The notes under the pieces were generated by a model that had not been told where the DNA came from, ran no database searches, and was given only the letters and a program-made list of their open reading frames with translations. A stretch of DNA of 64,000 nucleotides from assembly GCA_002189035.1 (NCBI GenBank), contig NEEC01000004.1, positions 4,092,001-4,156,000 on the forward strand, in the 5' to 3' direction. The translations under genes and the position numbers were made by a program. Shown piece by piece: positions 51,521 to 64,000 of the stretch. Every line of letters begins with the position of its first letter. Position 1 is the stretch's first letter. This DNA is from Utricularia gibba (taxonomy: Eukaryota; Plantae; Magnoliophyta).

Positions 51521-52605
51521 AATATATTTTATTTAGTAAATCCTATGTAATAACTAATTTTTCTTATAAATTTCTTATAAAATATCTAACTCTAACCTTT
51601 TGTTTCTTACTCAAGCATTCACCTAAAAAAATAAGCAAAAATAAAAGCAAAGTACACAATAACGTAAACACTTGTATTTCTTAATAAAAACACTGAGATG
51701 AACTTCTAATTGAATGATACTAATATAATAAATTAAAGCATAAAAATATATAGAAAAATGCATCCAACATTATCATAAAAAGAAAAATTATTATGAAGTA
51801 ATTTTGGGTTTATAATAAAATATTTTTTTATTAATTAATACAATTTTAGAGATAGAATGGTAAAATCCTATAGCAAGCTATCTTAAAAAAATAGAGTAAA
51901 TATTTGACTTTACTTAAATCATAATTAATATCTAATAGTTAACTATATCATCAAATGTTTTTTTTTAATTTGTAACAATAAAAATAGTAAGAAATATTTA
52001 TCCGTGAGTACAAATTTTAGATATCATCTAATTCATACAATTATTCAACAATAATTGTACCAATCTGTAATTATATTAATTTCCAGATGCTTAATTGGAC
52101 CTTACCTTCTTTTTTAGGGCATGGTATCTTTAAGAAGTTAGGGTGCACGTAAGAATCTGGTCATCTTGTTACCGTATACAATACAATAATCCAATTAAAT
52201 ATCACCCTATGGTGCATATGGGCAAAAACTGATGTCCTTTCACTAATTTTTTTTCAAATTAAAAACAATATTTGACTTTATTTATGCATTATTCCATAAA
52301 GCCGACAAAGTACTGTGTGCACGTTGAAAAGCAGTGTTTTAAAAATGAATTTTTTATAATAATTGATTCGAGTTCAATAATTTTTTAAATATATCTTAAA
52401 AATATTTTAAAAAATATATTTAGAGAGTAGAATGCACAATGGTGGAAGGGAAAGAGAGGACGCGATGGAGTTTCTTTTGTGTCCAAGTGTTAGTTCAAGT
52501 TTCGTGAAAAAATCTGCGTCAAACTGCTCTATAAAAACAGTAGGTTACTATACATGGAGACCCATTGGTTTGCAATCTCAAGGGGGTGAGTTGCTGGTTT
52601 TGGAA

Positions 52606-55600
52606 ATGAGGGATATTGATGAGGCTGGTTTGGAGGAGTTGCCCGCTGCCGTGGAAGAGGGTGTAGCAGCAGCACACAACAGAGAGAGAAATGATGTCGA
52701 AGAACTTGGGCTGCTGGAGAAGAGGAATCTCATGCACAGGTTGCTGGAAAACTCCTTGGAAGGCCATGCAAGCTTCTTGCTGAAGCAACAGCAAAGACTG
52801 CAAAGGTATGTAAAATGAAGCACGATGGTTGTGATGGATTTAGAGCTTGATCTCAGTGCAATGGATGTGATCAGGGTCGGCCTTGAACTCCCTTCAGTGG
52901 AGGTGAGGTTCAGCAGCTTGAATGTGGAAGTTGATGCTTATGTTGCGAGCAGAGCTCTACCAACAGTCTACAACTTCATGGTTAACAGCTTGGAGGTGGT
53001 GATCTAGTCTCACACAAGGTTGAACCTTCTTGAATGAGTCTTGAAATATTTTGTTTTGATTTTTCTGGAGTATTCGATAGGGTGCTCTGAGCAGTATACG
53101 GGTTTTAAAGAGCAGTAAGAAGCCATTCCCGATTCTGCAAGGTCTCAGTGGTGTTATCAAACCAGGCAGGTTGTATGAAAGGCCAATTCAACAATAACTA
53201 TCTGAGTTTTATTTGTTTGGTGACATGGTTTGCATTCATTGTGCAGAATGACCCTTTTGTTAGGTCCACCGGGCTCCGGCAAAACGACCCTTCTTTCAGT
53301 TTTGTCCGTTAAGCCTGATCCCAAGCTAAAGGTAAGTGGTAAAAGCAAAAGGAATGAAAAAAAAAACATGTAGATTACATGAACTTTCATCTTTTGTGTC
53401 AATAGGTGTCTGGAAGTGTGACATACAATGATCATGAGACGAAGGAATTGGAGTCTCGACGAACTTCGGCCTACATAAGTCAGCATGATGTTCATTTTGC
53501 ACAGATGACAGTCAGAGAAACTCTAGCATTTGCAGCAAGATGCCAAGGAGTTGGAACGCGTCATGGTTTGAAATATTTGTTTAGCATCATGTCATGTTTA
53601 TGTGTGTCTTACTAAACTTTTTTGCTGTATCAGAAATGCTTGTTGAATTGTTAAAACGAGAGAAGGAAGCAAACATCACACCAGATCCTGATATTGATGC
53701 CTACATGAAGGTTGTAAACTGGAGCTTCTTAATTTCCAACTTGACAGATGAGACGTCAGTTAACCCATTTTTGAATTTTCTCAGGCTGCATCTCGTGAAG
53801 GGGTGGAAGAAAGCATTCTGACCGATTATATAATTAAGGTACAACTACAAACTTTAAAAAAAAAAAAAGGCACTGTGCAACATGGTTGAAGTTCTTATTC
53901 AATCTGCTGTTCTTTTGCATTTGAAGATCTTGGGACTAGAATCATGTGCAGATACTTTAGTCGGGGATGAAATGAATCGGGGAATCTCCGGTGGACAACG
54001 AAGATTGCTCACCTTAGGTACTTTACTTCTGTTGAGGGAAGTACAGGTTCATGTTAATCAGAAACATTGAGCAGCAGTTTGAAACATTATTCAGGGGAAA
54101 TGATGGTTGGACCTGCAAGAGCCTTCTTCATGGATGAAATAACCAATGGTTTAGATAGCTCAAGAGCTTTCCAGGTTGTGAAAGCAATAAAGGAAATCAT
54201 TCATGTTCAACAAGGAACTGCACTAATATCACTCAATCAACCAACCCCAGAAATTTACGATTTATTTGATGACATAATCCTTCTTTCCGATGGAAAAATC
54301 GTGTATCAAGGTCCCTGTGGAACTGCAAGCGAGTTCTTTGAATCCATGGGATTCAAGTGTCCAGAACGGAAGGGGTTTGCAGATTTCTTGCAGGAGGTTA
54401 CATCCAAGGGAGATCAAAGGCAATACTGGTGCAACAAAGAGCAGCCTTATCAGTATGTTTCAGTAAACATGTTTTCAGAAGCATTTCTAAGTTCCCACAT
54501 TGGAAAGACACTTGAAAATGAACCTGTTAACAATAAAAGGACTCATCCCATGACTCTATCAACGAAACAGTACAGCATCAACAAAAGAGAGCTTTTAAAA
54601 GCTTGTGCAGCTAGGGAATACCTCCTGATGAAGAGGAGTTCATTTATCTACATATTCAACGTTATTAAGCTTATCATCTTGGGTACCATATTCATGACAG
54701 TGTTTTGGCGTGGTGAAATGCACAAGGATACAATACTAGACGGTATAGTCTACTTGGGAGCTTTGTATTGTTCTATGACGTTCGTCATGTTCAATGCACT
54801 GCAAGATTTTGTGATCAATATCTTGAGACTTCCGATGTTCTACAAGCAAAGAGACATGCTATTTTTTCCTGCATGGGCCTATGTACTAGCTCAATGGATT
54901 CTGAAACTGCCAGTAGCAATATATGAAACTACTATTTTGGTGAGTTTAACTTACTATTCGGTTGGATATGATCCAGCTCCAGAAAGGTACTCACCATCCG
55001 GTTCCTTTTCTTTTGAAAGATTGATCATTTTATGGATTCTTTTATTTTTCTATCACAGATTCCTTAAGCATTGGCTTGCAATGTTGCTTATAAGCCAAGT
55101 TTCTGGTGGGATGCTGCAGCTCATAGCAGCTTTGACTCGTGATTTGATCATTGGAAATACAGTTGGACCCTGTGTAGTTCTTACATTTCTTGTCACAAGT
55201 GGATTTATTCTCTCACGAGGTAATGAGATCATGAACTCCCATGAACATAGCCTATCATCGTTTTTGCTTCAACTTAATAACTTGAGCTCTACCTCTATCT
55301 TTTTCAGATGATATAAGGAAATGGTGGTACTGGGGATATTGGTCCTCTCCAAATATGTATGCACAAACTGCTATCTCAGTTAATGAGTTCCTTGGCAAAA
55401 GTTGGAGTCATGTAAGAACATTATCTATGGCTTTTTCAATATAAGATGATCACTAAGATATGCAAACTTTTAGGTTCCAAATAACTCCTCAGAATCACTA
55501 GGAGTATTAGTTTTGAAGTATCGAGGCATTTTCCCTGAAGCACATTGGTATTGGATTGGTGTAGCAGCACTTATTGGGTATACTTTGCTATCCAACTTTT

Positions 55601-58253
55601 TGGCAATTTTGGGTCTAACCTATCTCAACCGTAAGTATTCATTTATGTTGTGAAGAGTAAAGAAAGAAAATTTTCATGTTATTGTAGATCAAACATGGGA
55701 TTGGTTTCTTTGATGCAGCATTTTGGAGAAGATATGCAGTTTTATCACAAGAAAAGATGAACATTTTTGCTGAAGAAAATATGAATTCTGGTTAGTCCTC
55801 AGTATTAGCTTTGAAATGAGATTTGAAGCAATGCATCAGCAAGATACATTATAACTGTGTAGGAAGCATGCCTAATATTGATCCAAAGAGAAAGAGAGGA
55901 ATGATTCTACCATTTGAACCTCTTTGGATTACATTTGAGAAAATCCATTATGCAATAGATATGCCCAAGGTATTAAGAAAAATTTGTACAAACTTTTCTT
56001 TGTGTATGTCGGCTATGGCACTTCTCATATTGCTATCTACATAGGAACTCAAGAAGCTGGGAATTATGGGAGAAAGAATAGAACTTCTGAAAGATATAAA
56101 TGGAGCTTTTAGGCCAGGAGTTTTAACAGCAATCATGGGAGCCACAGGGACAGGAAAGACTACATTGCTTGATGTTTTGGCTGGAAGAAAAACCGGAGGA
56201 TATGTTCAAGGGACGATCAAAATATCTGGTTACCTCAAGAACCAAGAAACATTTGCTCGAATATCAGGCTATTGTGAGCAAACAAATATTCATACACCTC
56301 ATGTAACTGTGTATGAGTCTCTGCAATTCTCAGCATGGCTTCGTTTACCTCCAAATATTTCTGTTGAAACTAGAAAGGTATGTTTTCTCTTACAATAAAG
56401 CAGCTATACAGAAGTCAGATCATGCATGATTCAAAAGAAACTTTCAGATATTCATAGACGAGGTATTGGAACTTCTTGAGCTCACAACCATAAAAGATGC
56501 ATTGGTTGGTCTACCTGGTGTGAATGGTCTTTCTATTGAGCAACGAAAGCGTTTAACTACTGCAGTTGAGCTTGTGGCAAATCCATCTATTTTATTCATG
56601 GATGAGCCAACTTCAGGACTAGATGCTAGAGCAGCTGCAGTTGTGATGAGAACTGTGAGAAGTGTGGTGGAAACAGGACGAACAGCTGTGTGCACAATTC
56701 ATCAACCAAGCATTGATATATTCGACACATTTGATGAGGTTTGAAAAAAAATACTTATAGTTTAATTTTGTGTAACTGTTACTAATTTGCATTTCTATGA
56801 AAATTTCAGTTGCTTCTACTCAAAAGTGGAGGTGAAGAAATATATGTTGGCCCCTTAGGCAAGCACTCCTGTGAACTCATCAATTACTTCCAGGTGAAAG
56901 ATTGAATTATAGATTAAGAGTATGCAGAAACATCATAAAGCATTGTGATTCAATTTCAGGGCATACAAGGAGTTAATCAAATTAGATATGGTTATAATCC
57001 ATCTACATGGATGATGGAAATGACTTCGCCATCACATGAAAAAGCACTTGGAGTTGATTACGCACATATATACAAAAACTCTGAGCTCTATGAGAAAAAC
57101 AAGCAGCTCATCAAGCAACTAAGTGCACCACCACCAAATTCAAAAGAGCTCAACTTCCCAACAAGTTTTTCTCAATCATTTCAAACACAGTGCATTGCAT
57201 GTTTGTGGAAACAAACATTGTCGCATTGGAGAAATCCTCCTTATACTGCTGTAAATATGCTTTTCACATCAATGGTAACAATAATCATAGGAACTGCTTT
57301 TTGGGGTCTTGGCTCCCACAGGTTTGTTGGATTTCTCAACCACTATCCATAATTTATAAGTGACTATTTTATAACATGCAATTGAAGGTTGCAATCTTAT
57401 GCAGGAGTAGCCAACAAGATATTTTTAATGCTATAGGTGCAATGAGCATTGCAGTTCAATTCATTGGGCAACAAAATTCCATGACTGTTCAACCGGTTAT
57501 TGCAACTAATCGAATCGTCTACTATAGAGAAAGAGCAGCTGGATTATACTCAAGTTTACCCTATGCACTTGGACAGGTACCACACCATGTTAACATTTTA
57601 GAACATAGCAACCTTATAATCAAATCCTTAACAAAAGTGTCCATTTGCTGTTTTAACACTAGGCAGTTGCTGAACTCCCTTACATTCTAGTCCAAACCTT
57701 GGTATATGGAGTCTTGGTTTATTCCATGATTGGATTCGAATGGATGGTGCAAAAGTTCTTCTGGTTTTTCTTTTTCATGTTCCTCACATTTCTGTACTGC
57801 ACATTGTTGGGGATGATGGTAGTTGCAATGACTCCAAACCTGAGTATCTCAACCATTGTTCTGAGCTTCATTTACACCACATGGAGTCTCTTTTCTGGAT
57901 TCCTCATTCCAATAACGGTAAGAGCCATCAGTATATCATTCCTTCTCTTATTCCACCGAGGCATGGAAATGTGAAACATGACTTTTGTCCTACAGAGAAT
58001 TCCCAGATGGTGGAGATGGTATTATTACCTTGCCCCTTACAGTTGGACACTAAACGCATTAGTGTCATCACAATTTGGAGATGTTCAATCGGGACTTGAT
58101 TCTAATGAAACAGTGGCAGAGTTTGTGCATGACTACTTTGGGTTCAGACATGATTTTCTAGGGTACATCGGACTCATCATGGTCGGGGTGGTGCTAGTTT
58201 TTGGCATCGTGTTTGCATTCTCAATCAAGATCTTTAATTTCCAAAAAAGATAG
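52606..58253 (+). CDS. Full-size ABCG / pleiotropic drug resistance (PDR) transporter, 21 exons, divergent
   Basis: All 21 exons join in frame. [12 protein letters not shown]; GISGGQ; [12 protein letters not shown]; GATGTGKTT; [10 protein letters not shown]; [15 protein letters not shown]; ends FNFQKR*. Start at ATG 52606 chosen from TATA CTATAAAA near 52529. Confidence 0.93.
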
Positions 58254-58349
58254 AAACAACCATTATGCACTCCATAATTGATGCAGTGGTGTGACAATTC
58301 CTTCATCTTTTATGATTTTAATGAATATCATTTGGCATTACCAAGCAGG

Positions 58350-58639
58350 TGTTGGAAATATGGTATTAGAGAAGAGATATGGAATCTCATATTGTTAATT
58401 GAAGTTTATTTCAACTAGTTTATATGAGATAATACTTCATTAATCTTGATTAATTTAAAGATGCATGCACACAAAATTTAATTTGTTAGATTGAGTTGAG
58501 TTTGTAAAGGATCTTCAATACCCAAAAGTCTACTCACGCTAGCGGGGCTTCTAGCGCTCACGTGTGGGCAAGTCGAGCCCATGTTTTTTGTGTTAAGTCG
58601 ATTAGTGTGAGACGTTTATATATTCAATCGTATTCAACA
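58350..58639. mobile_element. Possible small solo-LTR/TRIM remnant
   Basis: TGTTG...CAACA termini around a GC-richer core; no convincing 5-bp TSD. Confidence 0.25.
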
Positions 58640-58852
58640 AATATCTGGATTCTTAGATCTTGTTCTAGATAGGTTCATGGAATCATGAGGAATCGAGAAA
58701 TTTTTTAGAATGATGTGTATACATATATGAGATTTTGTTCGTTTTTTTGGTGTTCGGTTTTCAATTTTCAACAGAGGGTCATTTCCAAATCCAAATATCT
58801 TAACTTTGTTTCATATATAATGAGATTGACCAATTTTTATCACACGAGTTTT

Positions 58853-58947
58853 TAAGCCACCCTGCCGGCAGCCGACCTTATTCAACATGTGCGGAGTTAG
58901 AACTTGGGTTGGTCAGACCGGACTTTGTCCTAACTGTGGGCTACGAG
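58853..58947 (-). mobile_element. Possible degenerate tRNA-derived SINE
   Basis: Minus strand has A-box-like GTAGCCCACAGTTAGG and B-box-like AAGTTCTAACTCC, followed by a short body and an A tail. Confidence 0.25.
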
Positions 58948-59183
58948 CTCCGAGAAAATTCATTCGCCCCGCGTGGACCTGTCCTAATGAGGCCGAGGGG
59001 GATTAATTAATGGCGTCATTAACAAGAGCAAAACCAAAGGAACAAGCTACAAGCTCCCAGGAGTGTTGCAAGACGGCAAGCAAGCCAAATATCTCTCTCT
59101 CGACTCAAACTTTTCAAACGCTTCTCCTCCGTCTCTGCATATATAGTTTTCGGGGACGCATTGATCCTTGACAGAACCAGGCC

Positions 59184-59588
59184 ATGGCTATTTCCTCCTT
59201 CTGCTCCCTCAATCTCCCTCCTCCCCCGGTTCCTTCTCAGATCACGGTCCATAGGACCACGCAGCTCCCATGGCGCGGCCGGTGTCTTGTAGGACTGATG
59301 TGCTGCGCGATCGTGGGGGCGGAGCCGGGGGGCTTTAGGGCGGCGGAAGACGGAGTGGCAGCAGCGATGGAGATGGAAGTGGCGGCTCCTAGGGTCGCCG
59401 AGAGGTGGAGCGAAAGGAGGGCGTGCCTCCCTTGGCGGATCAACTCCCTCGAGACGATCGTGCCCGAGAATCTACCGAGACCATCGGGGCGCCGCCGATG
59501 GGAGTTCACCAGCGTCCCCAAGGAAGCTCCTCCGATCGTGAAGGCGACGGCGGGGTCGCCGGAGGGCGGTAGCTGTTTCACTCTTTGA
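59184..59588 (+). CDS. CV: CHLOROPLAST VESICULATION protein, 134 aa
   Basis: Transit-peptide-like MAISSFCSLNLPP; hydrophobic segment; conserved RWSERRACLPWRINSLETIVPENLPRPSGRRR; terminal GSCFTL. Confidence 0.9.
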   Translation: MAISSFCSLNLPPPPVPSQITVHRTTQLPWRGRCLVGLMCCAIVGAEPGGFRAAEDGVAAAMEMEVAAPRVAERWSERRACLPWRINSLETIVPENLPRPSGRRRWEFTSVPKEAPPIVKATAGSPEGGSCFTL

Positions 59589-60367
59589 CCTCCTCAGTTG
59601 TTTCGATGATCGCAAAAGAAAGTACATAGCTGTGTCATTATTTGTAACAAAATTGCTTGGAGTAGTGCAACATAATACATGTTCACAGATCAATTTCAGA
59701 CTTCATGTTAGTGGTGATAGTACATCGTTCCAGTACGTGTAGTACAACACCAATCCTCCTCCATCAATAATACTTTTTTTTAATGATTAAAATTCCACCC
59801 AAGCCCTTTGATTAAAGGGAAAATTGATTTTCAAATTATGTGAAATTGAGAATGGAAACTAATGTTTAATATAAACCAATTTTATTAAATACTAATAAAG
59901 GTCAATTATATATATGATATTTAAATAAAAAATATTAAGTACCAAACATATATGATATATTCAATTTTAAAGATTAAACATATAACTAGGATATACAGAT
60001 ATTGTTGTTTGGATTTGTGGATTCATATATCTGAATAGGTCGATTTGTAATTTGAAAAATTATGAGTGCGTCAAAGTAATTTTAATTCATAATACTTAAA
60101 TTATTTTTTAAATATACTAATATAAGATAATTTTTAATTAAAATTGAATATTTACAAAAAAAACGAAAATTTTGAACTTTAAATGATGCATAACAATGGT
60201 AATCAATGGATAATGATCGAGCACTCTAAATGAAAATGAACAAAAATATGCAAAAATCAAGTGAATGAATTAGGATTTTGATTAGTTAATTAAATAAATA
60301 AATACTTATTATTAAAATTAATACTTAAAATATTAAAATGAAAAAAAAAACCTTCCATACCATGAAT

Positions 60368-60396
60368 CTGCACCGGGTGCACGGGAATAAGTTAAA
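60368..60396 (+). mobile_element. Possible degenerate Helitron 3' hairpin
   Basis: TGCACCGGGTGCACGGG hairpin at the end of an AT-rich tract, but no CTRR terminus. Confidence 0.2.
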
Positions 60397-60808
60397 TAAT
60401 GAAAATCAATTATATAACTAAATCTACAATTTTTACCAAATAATGAGGATTAAATTTGTGTATTATGATAAAAAAAAAAAAGAATAAGTACGTTCGGCGC
60501 CAAAATCCGTGTCTTAAACATGGCATTATGTAATGAGGAGGATACCAAGGGAAAAATGGCATACAAGAAGATACAAAGAGGAGGCACAATTACAGTGGTG
60601 CCATGTGGAGCAGAAAGCTAAAGAGAGGTGTTAGTTTTTTCCAGGCTGCAGCATTTATCTATCTCCGACGCACCCTTTTCCAGGGAACACGAAATGGTTC
60701 CATCAGACACAGATATTGCATTGTTTTTTCTAGCAGCAGGGGCCTTGTGGGTCATGTTTTCAGGAATCTGGTGCATGATCACAGACCGCGCTTGGAATGG
60801 GAGGCAAC

Positions 60809-62425
60809 TCAGGGTAGGATCAGGACAGGGGTGTTGCCGGCGACGGGCTGGAGACGGGCGGCGTTCTCCAAATGAGACCATACCTCGTTTCGTCTTTGCT
60901 CGGTCAAATGCTTGCGCTTCTCCTCGTCTCGGAACTCAGAAATGCAGGCTACGGCTAGCTCATCATCCATTTCTGCGAGCATCTTCTTCACATTTAGAGT
61001 TAGGTTGAGAACTGATTGGTTCCAGTGGTTTTGAGCATTCGCTTCCAGCGCTGGGAAGATCATTGGGAGGATGGCTCGCCGGTTTGGCACGATTAGATTC
61101 ACAACCTGGTCGTTGTTCCACAAGAACAATGCTCTTTCTGCCACCTGCATCAGAACAGACAATGTAGTCCATGGATTGTGTGAAAATCTGATGAAGATTT
61201 ACAGTATCTACACTCTAAAGAGCTGGATTTCATCAATCTCAGAATGTACTCTTTACCAGGTAAGCTATCAAGAGAGCAGAAGAGTTACCTGAAAATGGCG
61301 GCTAACTATGCAGTGGGCAATGCGTCTAAACAGAGGCACCATGACCTTTTGAAACTCGGACATGTCAATGACTTCGAGTATCTCCTCTAATTCACTCAAA
61401 AACATAACTTCCTTTTGACTATTTGTGATCGGCCAAAATTTCAACAGCCCGCTTATCACAACACTAGCCAACTTTGGATCCTTTTCAATGAATTGAGACA
61501 CACAATATGAGAGCTGCTGGAAGTAAACACCCAAGGACTTGGGTTTGTGAAGTGGAATTAGAGTCCTAGAAAGAAATAGCTTATGCTCCTCCTTCAAAGG
61601 CAAAGCAAATCCTGTTATCACACTCCCGAAGATTTCCAGAAATTCAGCGATACCATTATGCTTCTCTGTCTCAAACACAAATCTACAGAACACATTACTG
61701 ATACTTCTCCTGATAAAGGGCCTGTGAACCATAAACTTGCCATATATCCTGTGTAGAATCGCTTTCAGACAGTCCCTTTCCCTGGGATCCTCTGAATCGA
61801 ATAAATCAATGATTCTTAAGATAAACGAGTGATTGATATACTTCTTAGCAACCTTAGCTTCCAAGGAGGTTGATGTAACAATCTTGAGGAAGAAATCATA
61901 GACAATCTGCAAGTGTGGCCATGCCGGATCGAATGCTGGCTCATCATCGTTCTCATTTTCACTAGAGGATGAGGTAGCAGAGCGACTGTTGGGAGGAAAA
62001 ACACGAAACAGGTTAATGGAGCACATTTTGCAAGTTGCTACAATGGCACTCTCCGTTAGCTTCGGGGGATTCTGTGATACAAACTCAAGAAGCTCGAGCA
62101 ATGTGGCTCTTTTGAGCTCCTTTTCTTGGATGTCCTTCCCGGGATCACTAAAATCAAACAACACAGAGCACAGACTTAGCTTACTGATGAAAAGATTCAT
62201 CTTTTCTGAACATGGAACATCCTTGAACGCCAGCAACGGCTCAATTCCCGCAATCACACAAGTAGGGAAAACCGCTGCCGAAGGCCGTTTGGTAGCTGGA
62301 TTGGAAACATTCGTCCTGAGAGAACTAGGGGACAATGGAGCTGTGCCCGAAGTTGGGTTTCTCGGAGAATCTGGATCTGCCTTTTGAGACTTCCTCGGAA
62401 GTTTACCAAGAAATTGCTTCCACAT
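60809..62425 (-). CDS. Protein phosphatase 2A B' (B56) regulatory subunit, kappa/iota-like, 490 aa
   Basis: Exons 62425-61289 and 61144-60809; MWKQFLGKLPRKS; AWPHLQIVY; FDSEDPRERD; LLKFWP; HFQ|VAERALFLWNN. Confidence 0.96.
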
Positions 62426-62864
62426 TCTGATCCGTCACGCTACTTCGTCTAAATCTAACATGAACAAAAATCAAATCCGTCGATAATGACAGCAACTTTA
62501 GGGTTTCACGCAGCCCCAGTACCGATGAAATTGGGGATCTGGAGGAGGAAAAGAGTGAAAACAACCCAAACTGAGAATAACCCAATAAATCATCAAAAAG
62601 ACAGGATCTTTAAAGTTCCCCATTCAAAGAAAACAGTAAAAACTCACCAATTCATGCAGCAGCAATACATCCGACATCACCCACAAGGGGAAAAAGCGAG
62701 AAACAAACAATACTTGCAAGCACGAATCCAACAACTTGTATGACAGCAACAATCAATGCAGACGCTGCTCCACAGAGACGAGCGTTGGATGTCTCAAGCA
62801 GAAGCAGAGAAAAACGGTTCTAAATCTTTAAACAGCTGAAAGGGTTGTTGAAATTATTCCCCAC

Positions 62865-62981
62865 CTAGTCGTACCCCTCAAAAGGGACAGAAGCTGAAGC
62901 CCCACAAAAAAAGGGTCGAAAAGCCAGAAAACTGCAATCGCAGGTTGGAATCAAACACCCAACCCTTTCTCCCATCTCCAT
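62865..62981 (-). other. Candidate 38-aa upstream ORF in PP2A B' leader
   Basis: MEMGERVGCLIPTCDCSFLAFRPFFCGASASVPFEGYD*, preceded by a 13-aa uORF (MVGMRGFLELHGF*). TSS position is inferred. Confidence 0.35.
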
Positions 62982-64000
62982 AAACAAGGACAACCACCAC
63001 CACGTCTCAGAATCCGTGCAATTCAAGGAAGCCCCTCATCCCCACCATGGATGAGACGGACGCCAAGGAATTACAATACACGCATTCATATGTTTGCCCC
63101 TCCTTCTACCCTCTGTTCCCTAACCCACTAACGTCGTACTCGTTTTCTATTCACCGAGTGCAGGAAGAAAATTCACCGCGGCCAGGGAAACACTTTCACC
63201 CGGGGCAGTAACTACTCAAAATTACTATTTACTGCCGGAGTCACGTCAAGAAAACGTGCGCCCCCTCACGCCTTCATAAATCTGCTCCCAGCGTGCCTGC
63301 CATCGGATTCTATAGTTACGTCACTTCACAGTCCCAAAATTATTTATTTTTTGTCTTTATTTATTTAATATTCAACTTATTTTTAGTTTCGGAAAAATTG
63401 TATCTATTTAACAATTAAAAAAAATCGAATTTGCTCCAGATCCGATCTCATCGCTGCGCTTTATTCGAAAAATAAAATATCGCGTATCATAATTTGCGGA
63501 CGTGGGCGTTGTACGAATTCAATCAATAAAACAGCGACGTGACGCCCCCATTAAATTGAAATATAAATCATTTTTATTTTTAGACAAAAAAATCATAAAA
63601 ATTGAATAGTGCTGTTAAATGCATCCGGAACTCATTCTCATCTTTCATACATAATCTATACAATTATTCACGGATACATATATAAATTTATGCATACGTA
63701 TTCATTAATTTTTTATTAAAAATTTTAAAATATATATATAAAAATATATAAGTTTTATTATTTAAAAAATTCATTCAAATCTATAATTATAATTTTATTT
63801 TATTTCACTATTGGTTGTTTGGATTATATTTTTTTTATCGAGATTAAAATTATTTTATTCATTCATGTTAATATTGATATTTTTAGATATTAGAATTTTC
63901 TTTTAAATATTTACATATTGATTTATTACTTTATTACTAATAATTAAATTTAAAATTTATATTCAAGTGAATTATTTATTATCATATAGTATTTTTAATA

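Noticed and set aside
52432-52605. Longer ABCG N-terminus from ATG 52432
   Set aside because: The extension has no PDR similarity and spans a TATA box at about 52529; ATG 52606 is preferred.
1-64000. Many short antisense or alternate-frame ORFs in the supplied track; CRISPR, tRNA and rRNA genes
   Set aside because: The ORFs are shadows of real exons or AT-rich noise, and many start at TTG/GTG. This is eukaryotic DNA with no repeat-spacer array, cloverleaf or rRNA sequence seen.

Overview
Gene-dense eudicot nuclear DNA, probably Lamiales (inferred from an Antirrhinum-like 7-exon GLOBOSA and short introns). From about 24 to 64 kb it carries ordinary single-copy genes: 3beta-HSD/decarboxylase, GLO/PI, QCR7, a DYW-PPR, CLC-g, KCS11, a divergent full-size PDR/ABCG transporter, CHLOROPLAST VESICULATION and a PP2A B' subunit. 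SAM-domain SNM1 is cut by the left edge. The unusual part is 2.2-23.5 kb, a tandem array of four 3-exon F-box/LRR/FBD genes. Three copies carry inactivating lesions, and the one intact ORF has lost the spacer island that looks like its promoter/first exon. The array also shows a 352-bp perfect gene-conversion tract and three stacked 3'-end fragments. Next to it is an unrecognised tail-anchored coiled-coil gene whose 3' half has been duplicated and fused behind a copy of the putative F-box promoter, giving a complete-looking chimeric ORF (16387-16800); this is the best novelty candidate. SNM1 and CLC-g each show a -1 frameshift in a homopolymer run, which may be assembly error. All identifications are from manual translation and recall; no searches were run.
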